DNA of 64,000 nt from Sphingomonadaceae bacterium (GTDB lineage: Bacteria > Pseudomonadota > Alphaproteobacteria > Sphingomonadales > Sphingomonadaceae). Every line of letters starts with the position of its first letter. Positions within the stretch are counted from its first letter, which is position 1. The stretch lies in NCBI GenBank assembly GCA_041740105.1, contig JBGSMP010000296.1, positions 5,748 through 69,747 of the forward strand, given 5' to 3'. Under the pieces are notes generated by a model that saw only the letters and a program-made list of their open reading frames with translations, did not search any database and was not told the origin of the DNA. Both the position numbers and the translations under genes were made by a program. Shown here in pieces: positions 57,739-64,000 of the stretch.

Positions 57739-59067
57739 TCAGGCTGGTTGCAGCGTGACCGGGCGATCCTGTTTGACGCGCCAGACGGCGATTGCCGCAA
57801 GGACCATCATCACCCCGCCGAAGCGGAGCACATTGCGTGGATCGCCGCCCAGCAGCGGCTCGTACATGAATGGCATCGTGCCTGCGAAAAGCAGCATCGG
57901 CGCGCAGATCATCATGTTGAAAATGCCCATGTAGACCCCGGTGCGCTCGGGCGGGATGGCATTGGCCAGAACGATGTAAGGATTGCCCATGATCGACCCC
58001 CAGCCCAGACCCATCAGCGCCATTGTGACCCACATTACAGCCACATTGCTCGTCTGCGGCAGCAGCATCATGCCCGCGCCCGCCAGCAGCAGGGCGATCC
58101 CGTGCAGCTTAGATGCACCCATCTTGCGCGCGATCGGAATCATCGCAAATGCCGTGCCGAACGCGACGAGATTGTAAAATGCGCCCATCGGCCCCGACAG
58201 AAGATCGGCTTCACGGAACTGCGCGGTGCTGGCGTCCGAAGTGCCGAACAGCGCTTTCGATACGGCCGGCACGCGGTAAGCCCAATAGCAGGACATGGCA
58301 TACCATTGGAAAAAGCTCATCCACGCCATTGTCCGCATCGCCGCGGGCATGTCGCGGATCGCCCCGATAATTTCGGTGAAATAAGACACCAGGCCGGTTG
58401 GCAACGCCGCAATGCGTGTTCGCTCCTCGTCGCTCAGCGGCAGCTCGGGAACGCGTAGGATCGACCACAGGATCGTCGTGATCGACAGGACGGCACCGAT
58501 AATGAACGCGATGCGGGTGTATTCGGGGATTTGGCCCGGTGCCGCCTCTTTCGAAATGCCGAACCAGGTCACCAGGATGAACGGACTGGCATAGGCCAAG
58601 CACTGCGCGAGGCCGGTAAATGCACTTTGCGAAAGAAACCCGGCACCACGCTGATCCGGATTGAGTCGGTCGTTCACGTAAGCGCGATACGGCTCCATCG
58701 TGACATTGTTGCCGACGTCGAGGATGAACAGGATCGAAAACGCCATCAACAGGCTTTGCGACAGCGGCATGAAGAACAGCCCGACCGTGCACATAAGCGC
58801 GCCAATCAGGAAATAGGGCGTCCGCCGTCCCCATTTCGACAAGGTCCGGTCCGACATGACGCCGATAATCGGCTGCACGATAAGCCCGGTCAGCGGTCCG
58901 GCGATGCCGAGCCACGGAAAGCTCCCCTCGTCCGCGCCCAGATAGGCCCAGATCGGCGTCATGTTGGCTTGTTGCAGCCCAAAGGAAAATTGCAGCCCGA
59001 GAAACCCGAGATTCATCTGGAGAATGCGGCTCCATGACAGATGCGGTTTTCCCCCGGTTGCAAGCAT
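57739..59067 (-). CDS. MFS sugar transporter (sucrose/GPH type)
   Basis: FLGLQFSFGLQ, QPIIGVMSD, GRRTPY, MEPYRA, GVYMGIFN. Confidence 0.9.
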   Translation of the reverse strand: MLATGGKPHLSWSRILQMNLGFLGLQFSFGLQQANMTPIWAYLGADEGSFPWLGIAGPLTGLIVQPIIGVMSDRTLSKWGRRTPYFLIGALMCTVGLFFMPLSQSLLMAFSILFILDVGNNVTMEPYRAYVNDRLNPDQRGAGFLSQSAFTGLAQCLAYASPFILVTWFGISKEAAPGQIPEYTRIAFIIGAVLSITTILWSILRVPELPLSDEERTRIAALPTGLVSYFTEIIGAIRDMPAAMRTMAWMSFFQWYAMSCYWAYRVPAVSKALFGTSDASTAQFREADLLSGPMGAFYNLVAFGTAFAMIPIARKMGASKLHGIALLLAGAGMMLLPQTSNVAVMWVTMALMGLGWGSIMGNPYIVLANAIPPERTGVYMGIFNMMICAPMLLFAGTMPFMYEPLLGGDPRNVLRFGGVMMVLAAIAVWRVKQDRPVTLQPA

Positions 59068-59144
59068 TGCTCATCCTCCAAGCGCAATCGCTGTCGTTGC
59101 AGCACGCCACTGCCTCAACGCTAACGTTTGCTTCGAACTTTGCA

Positions 59145-59156
59145 ACAATCGATTGC
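59145..59156. promoter_or_regulatory. LacI operator ACAATCGATTGC
   Basis: Between the divergent MFS and GH42 genes. Confidence 0.75.
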
Positions 59157-59193
59157 AATAGACGTCGCCTGCCCGGCAAACTATGCCCGCGGC

Positions 59194-61062
59194 ATGAAAT
59201 TGGGCGTCTGCTATTATCCCGAACATTGGCCTGAAGACTGGTGGGCCGACGACGCGCGGCGGATGGTCGAAATGGGCCTCTCGCGCGTCAGGATCGGCGA
59301 ATTCAGTTGGAGCCGGATCGAGCCGGCACCGGGGCAGCTCGACTGGGGCTGGCTCGACCGGGCCGTCGCGCTGCTTCACGCCGCGGGGCTCGGCATCATC
59401 ATGGGAACGCCGACCGCGACACCTCCGCGCTGGATGCTCGAAAAGCACCCCGACATGCTGGCTGTCGACGCAAACGGACGCCCGCGCAAATTCGGATCGC
59501 GGCGGCATTATTGCTTTTCGCATCAGGGCTATCGCACCGAAGCCGCGCGCATCACGGCGCTGATGGCCGATCGCTACGGGCAGCATCCAGCCGTTGTCGC
59601 GTGGCAGACCGACAATGAATATGGCTGTCACGACACCGCAATCAGCTATTCGGACGCGGCAGCCGCAGGATTCCGGCAGTGGCTGGCCGATAAGTATCAG
59701 TCGGTCGGTGCGCTCAATGTCGCCTGGGGTAATGTCTTCTGGTCGATGGACTATCAATCGTTCGACCAGATCGATCCGCCGAATCTGACGGTGACCGAAC
59801 CCAACCCCGCGCATGTTCTCGACTGGCGGCGCTTTTCGTCCGATCAGGTCGTCGCATCCAACCGCGTTCAGGCCGACATCCTGCGCGCGGCATCGCCCGG
59901 ACGCGACATCACGCACAACTACATGGGCTTTTTCAACCAGTTCGATCATCACGCCGTCAGTCGTGACCTCGATGTTGCCAGTTGGGACAGTTATCCGCTC
60001 GGCTTCCTCGAACAATTCAACATCTTCGCGCCCGATGAAAAGCTGCGTTATGCGCGGCAGGGGCACCCCGACCTCGCGGCGTTCCACCACGATCTCTATC
60101 GCGGGATGACCGGCCGGATGTGGGTCATGGAACAGCAGCCGGGGCCGGTGAATTGGGCGCGCTATAATCCTGCGCCGCTGCCGGGCATGGTGCGCCTGTG
60201 GACGATCGAAGCCATGGCGCACGGCGCCGAACTGGTCAGTTACTTTCGCTGGCGGCAATTCCCGCATGCGCAGGAACAGATGCACAGTGGCTTGTTGCTG
60301 CCCGACCGGTCCGATGATGTCGGCGCGCATGAAGCGCGGGCAGCAGCCGTGGACATCGCCGCAATCGGTGCGCTGGCGCCGACGCCGAAAGCGGTCGCGC
60401 TGGTGTTCAGCTATGAGGCGGATTGGACGATCGCCACCCAGCCTCAGGGCGCGAATTTCAACTATCTCGATCTTGTTTTTGCGATGTATTCGGCGCTGCG
60501 GCGGCTGGGCCTCAACATCGATATCGTCGCGCCCGATGCCGATTTGACCGGCTATGCGATAATTGTCGTGCCGACAATGCCGATATTCGGTCCTGCGTTG
60601 GTCGACGTTACGGTCCCGATCCTGTTTGGCCCGCGGACCGGCAGCAAAACCACAAATTTCGCCATTCCCGAAAACCTGCCACCGGGGCCGCTGCAAAAGC
60701 GACTGCCGATCCGCATCACGCGCGTCGAATCATCGCGCGACGCGCCGCGCTGGCGCGAACATGTCGAAGCAGGGCCGGAGGTCATCGAACGCGACGGTTG
60801 CTTTGAAAGGGGTAACATCCGCTATCTGGCGCACTGGCCCGACGACGAGCAACTGGCGCGCGTGTTCACCGCGATGGCCGCAGAAGCGGGTCTGACGGCC
60901 ACACCGTTGCCGGCCGATCTGCGTATCCGGCGCGCGGGCGAACTTGTATTCGCATTCAACTATGGTCCCGATACGCTTACGCTCGAACCGGGGCACGACT
61001 ATGTGATAGGCGACGCAACGCTCGCACCGGCGGCTGTTGCCGTCTGGCACGCGGTGGGTTAA
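59194..61062 (+). CDS. GH42 beta-galactosidase
   Basis: GVCYYPEHW, GEFSWS, TPTATPP, WQTDNEYG, WDSYP, MEQQPG, YFRWR. Confidence 0.94.
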   Translation: MKLGVCYYPEHWPEDWWADDARRMVEMGLSRVRIGEFSWSRIEPAPGQLDWGWLDRAVALLHAAGLGIIMGTPTATPPRWMLEKHPDMLAVDANGRPRKFGSRRHYCFSHQGYRTEAARITALMADRYGQHPAVVAWQTDNEYGCHDTAISYSDAAAAGFRQWLADKYQSVGALNVAWGNVFWSMDYQSFDQIDPPNLTVTEPNPAHVLDWRRFSSDQVVASNRVQADILRAASPGRDITHNYMGFFNQFDHHAVSRDLDVASWDSYPLGFLEQFNIFAPDEKLRYARQGHPDLAAFHHDLYRGMTGRMWVMEQQPGPVNWARYNPAPLPGMVRLWTIEAMAHGAELVSYFRWRQFPHAQEQMHSGLLLPDRSDDVGAHEARAAAVDIAAIGALAPTPKAVALVFSYEADWTIATQPQGANFNYLDLVFAMYSALRRLGLNIDIVAPDADLTGYAIIVVPTMPIFGPALVDVTVPILFGPRTGSKTTNFAIPENLPPGPLQKRLPIRITRVESSRDAPRWREHVEAGPEVIERDGCFERGNIRYLAHWPDDEQLARVFTAMAAEAGLTATPLPADLRIRRAGELVFAFNYGPDTLTLEPGHDYVIGDATLAPAAVAVWHAVG

Positions 61063-61129
61063 TCCATCGGTTCGGCGAGAGGCGCGCTCGATAGCGTCAC
61101 CGCCAGCAAGGAGAGATCGTCGCGCGTCG

Positions 61130-62152
61130 ATGCAGGACAAGGCCACATCATTCGATATCGCGCAACTCGCAGGCGTGTCGCAACCGACCGTTTCACGCGC
61201 ATTGCGCGGCAGCACATCGGTTAGCGAGTCAACGCGAAAGCGGATCGAGGCCATCGCCCAGCAACTGAATTACAAGGTCGACAAGAATGCGACAAATTTG
61301 CGCAGCGGCCATTCGAATACACTGGCCCTGCTCCTGTTCGAAGATCCGACACCCGATGACTCGCTGATCAATCCGTTTTTCCTGTCGATGTTGGGTTCGA
61401 TCACGCGGACGTGCGCGCTTCGTGGTTACGACTTGCTGATTTCGTTCCAACAGCTGTCGGGCGACTGGCATGTCGATTATGAAGATAGTCGCAAGGCCGA
61501 CGGGCTGATCCTGCTCGGCTACGGCGATTATCATGATTATGAAAAGCGGTTGGGTCAGTTGGTCGAGCAAGGCACGCATTTTGTGCGCTGGGGATCGGTA
61601 AAGCCCGAAGCGCGCGAAGTCGTGGTCGGGTGCGACAATGCTCAGGGCGGGTGCGACGTGACCGCGCATCTGATTGCCGAGGGGCGCAAGAGGATCGCGT
61701 TCATCGGGACGGCGACGAGCGCTTGCCCCGAATTTCTCGACCGGCACATTGGCTATGCAGCGGCGCTGGCTCACGCCAAGTTACCGCGCATCCTGACGCT
61801 TCATGTCGAAGCGCTGAGCAACGAGGAGGAAGGCCACGATGCCGCTGCCCGTCTGATCGCGCGCGGCGAGCCGTTCGATGCGATTGTCTGCGCCAGCGAT
61901 TTGATCGGCCTCGGGGCGATGCGCGCGCTTCAGGAAGCGGGGTTGAGCATCCCCGGTGATGTCGCGGTGACGGGTTTCGACGACATTTTGGCGGCGGGAC
62001 TTGCCAATCCGCCGCTGACGACGGTCACGCAGCAACCGGGCGAAGCGGGCGCGCTGCTTGTCGATACGCTTCTTCGGCTGGTGCGCGCCGAAGCGGCAGA
62101 CAGCCAGATGCTGCCGGCGCGGCTTGTGGTCCGGCGATCCTCGACAGGATGA
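61130..62152 (+). CDS. LacI family regulator (maltose-type)
   Basis: TSFDIAQLAGVSQPTVSRAL, INPFF, GFDD, LTTV. Confidence 0.93.
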   Translation: MQDKATSFDIAQLAGVSQPTVSRALRGSTSVSESTRKRIEAIAQQLNYKVDKNATNLRSGHSNTLALLLFEDPTPDDSLINPFFLSMLGSITRTCALRGYDLLISFQQLSGDWHVDYEDSRKADGLILLGYGDYHDYEKRLGQLVEQGTHFVRWGSVKPEAREVVVGCDNAQGGCDVTAHLIAEGRKRIAFIGTATSACPEFLDRHIGYAAALAHAKLPRILTLHVEALSNEEEGHDAAARLIARGEPFDAIVCASDLIGLGAMRALQEAGLSIPGDVAVTGFDDILAAGLANPPLTTVTQQPGEAGALLVDTLLRLVRAEAADSQMLPARLVVRRSSTG

Positions 62153-62166
62153 TGTATTCGTATGCA
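62153..62166. promoter_or_regulatory. LacI operator TGTATTCGTATGCA
   Basis: Imperfect central-CG palindrome upstream of the MFS gene, distinct from the CAATCGATTG motif. Confidence 0.55.
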
Positions 62167-62233
62167 GGGCATTTGCCGTGCCCGCCGACGTCTGCCACGC
62201 AGAGCGCATAACGATAAATCAGGGATGATGCCG

Positions 62234-63736
62234 ATGGAAAAGCCCAAACAGGGGTTCTGGGGTTTGTGCAACATTTCGTTCGGATTCTTCGGGATCCAGA
62301 TCGGTTTTGCGCTCCAGAATGCGAACATGTCGCGGATTTTCCAGACGCTGTCGCCGGATAATCCCGAAATCCTGAACGACCTGCCCGCGCTGTGGGTGGC
62401 CGCACCGCTGACCGGACTGCTTGTGCAGCCGATCATCGGGCATATGTCGGACAAGACTTGGCTTGGTCGGCTCGGGCGGCGGCGGCCCTATTTTCTGGCC
62501 GGCGCGATCATCGCCGCACTCTCGCTGATCGCGATGCCGCTTGCGCCCTATCTGCTGTTTGCTGCCGTCATGCTCTGGCTGCTCGATGCATCGCTCAACA
62601 TTTCGATGGAGCCGTTTCGCGCGTTTGTCGGCGATATGCTGCGCAAGGATCAGCATAGTATGGGCTATGCCGTGCAAACCGCGTTCATCGGCGCGGGTGC
62701 GGTGGTCGGCTCGATCTTTCCCGCCTTTCTCGAATGGGCAGGCGTCTCGAACGTCGCGCCGCCGGGCGTGATCCCCGATACCGTGCGCTACGCCTTTTGG
62801 TTCGGCGGGATCGCGCTGTTTGCCGCCGTGATGTGGACTGTCGTCAGCACGCGCGAGTACAGCCCCGAACAGATGGCCGCCTTCGACGGGCCACCGACTG
62901 CCGACGAACAAAGCGATACGCTCCGGATGCTCGCTGCGCGCACCACGTCGAGCAGCCTGGTCTGGATCGGCGCAGGTGCCGCCATCGTCGCGGCGGTCGC
63001 TGCGTTTGATCTGGAAAAGGAAGTCTACCTGCTCGGCGGCCTGCTCATTGCTTACGGCATTGCCAGCATCATTGCGATCAGCCGGGCGAAATCGGGCAAA
63101 AACGCATCGATGCTCGGCCATATCGTCGGCGATTTTTCAGGCATGCCGCCGCTCATGAAGCGCCTCGCGCTCGTCCAGTTTTTCAGCTGGTCGGCGCTCT
63201 TCATCATGTGGATCAACACGACGCCGATCGTCGCGCAATATATGTTCGATGCGCCCAATGCCGCAGCGCCCCGGTTTCAGGAAGCGGCGAACTGGGTCAA
63301 CACGCTGTTTGCGACTTATAACGGCGTGGCTGCGGTGGCGGCATTGGCACTGCTCCCGTGGCTATCGGCGCGGATCGGCAAGGTAAAGACCCATATGGTC
63401 GGGCTGCTGTGCGGCGCGGCGGGTTATGCGAGCTTTTTCTTCATCCGCGATCCGCAAATGCTTCTCTTCAGCGAAATCGGCATCGGTATTGCCTGGGCTT
63501 CGATCCTTGCCATGCCTTATGCGATTCTCGCGTCGAGCCTGCCACAACGCAAGCTCGGCATTTACATGGGCCTGTTCAACGTCTTCGTCGTCGTGCCGCA
63601 GTTGCTCGTCGCGACCGTGATGGGCTCGATCATGAAAACCTATTTCCCGGGCGAGCCGATCTGGACCATGGCGTTTGCAAGCGGAACGCTGGTGATTGCA
63701 GCGCTCGCGATGCTCAGGGTGCGCGAGCCGGCCTAG
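62234..63736 (+). CDS. MFS sugar transporter (maltose-type)
   Basis: FGFFGIQIGFALQNAN, QPIIGHMSD, GRRRPY, MEPFRAFVGD. Confidence 0.9.
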   Translation: MEKPKQGFWGLCNISFGFFGIQIGFALQNANMSRIFQTLSPDNPEILNDLPALWVAAPLTGLLVQPIIGHMSDKTWLGRLGRRRPYFLAGAIIAALSLIAMPLAPYLLFAAVMLWLLDASLNISMEPFRAFVGDMLRKDQHSMGYAVQTAFIGAGAVVGSIFPAFLEWAGVSNVAPPGVIPDTVRYAFWFGGIALFAAVMWTVVSTREYSPEQMAAFDGPPTADEQSDTLRMLAARTTSSSLVWIGAGAAIVAAVAAFDLEKEVYLLGGLLIAYGIASIIAISRAKSGKNASMLGHIVGDFSGMPPLMKRLALVQFFSWSALFIMWINTTPIVAQYMFDAPNAAAPRFQEAANWVNTLFATYNGVAAVAALALLPWLSARIGKVKTHMVGLLCGAAGYASFFFIRDPQMLLFSEIGIGIAWASILAMPYAILASSLPQRKLGIYMGLFNVFVVVPQLLVATVMGSIMKTYFPGEPIWTMAFASGTLVIAALAMLRVREPA

Positions 63737-64000
63737 GGCTGGCGGACGCGCATCGCTTCGAGCTTTGCGCGGTGCGCATCGGAAAAGGCCGTGGGCCCAT
63801 CAGGATCGGTGTAGACCAACGTCGTTTCGCAGGTTGCCACGCATTTGCCGTCCTGAAACGCCGCTGAAAAAATGCTCCACGACTTCGTGCCGATCGCGCC
63901 GATACCGCTGGCCATCGTCACCGGGGCCGGGTGGTGCGCTTCGGCCAGATACGCCAGATCGACGCCTGCGATCAGCCAGCGAATGCCGCTGTTGTCACGG
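63733..64000 (-). CDS. Acyl-CoA thioesterase, hot-dog fold (5' end outside window)
   Basis: Open frame from the window edge: WLIAGVDLAYLAEAHHPAPV...IGTKSW...FQDGKCVATCETTLV. Confidence 0.7.
   Translation of the reverse strand, partial: RDNSGIRWLIAGVDLAYLAEAHHPAPVTMASGIGAIGTKSWSIFSAAFQDGKCVATCETTLVYTDPDGPTAFSDAHRAKLEAMRVRQP

Overview
GC-rich alphaproteobacterial chromosome segment, very likely Sphingomonadales (three TonB-dependent receptors, crtZ, a PEPxxWA-CTERM protein, LacI/TBDR sugar loci). It has three zones. (1) 1-14.5 kb: an accessory amino-acid/amide catabolic cluster with an MlrC-type peptidase, MFS, TBDR, DgcA-like epimerase, FAD oxidoreductase, M20 amidohydrolase, lone DMFase large subunit, PhzF, class III aminotransferase, RidA, XRE-cupin regulator and DUF1611/DgcN. 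A recurring 17-bp dyad lies upstream of its units. (2) 15-40 kb: a ~25-kb catabolic island bracketed by IS6 relics. It carries a GntR-UTRA regulon (four TGGTCyrGACC sites) with a nested GntR-FCD hydantoinase module and two hydantoin-racemase-like proteins lacking both catalytic cysteines. It also carries two small gene arrays built from a shared ~55-bp bipartite repeat and a shared 22-bp terminal motif, resembling integron cassettes but with no attC match and no integrase in the window. (3) 40-64 kb: mostly core genes (HTH-fused ribBX, ribH, phhA, nhaA, etfBA, sucC, crtZ) plus a GH68/GH42 LacI regulon and a maltose-type LacI/MFS pair. No rRNA, tRNA or CRISPR array was recognised. All family calls come from motif recognition by eye, not database searches. 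Start codons were often moved from the ORF track to the RBS-supported start.
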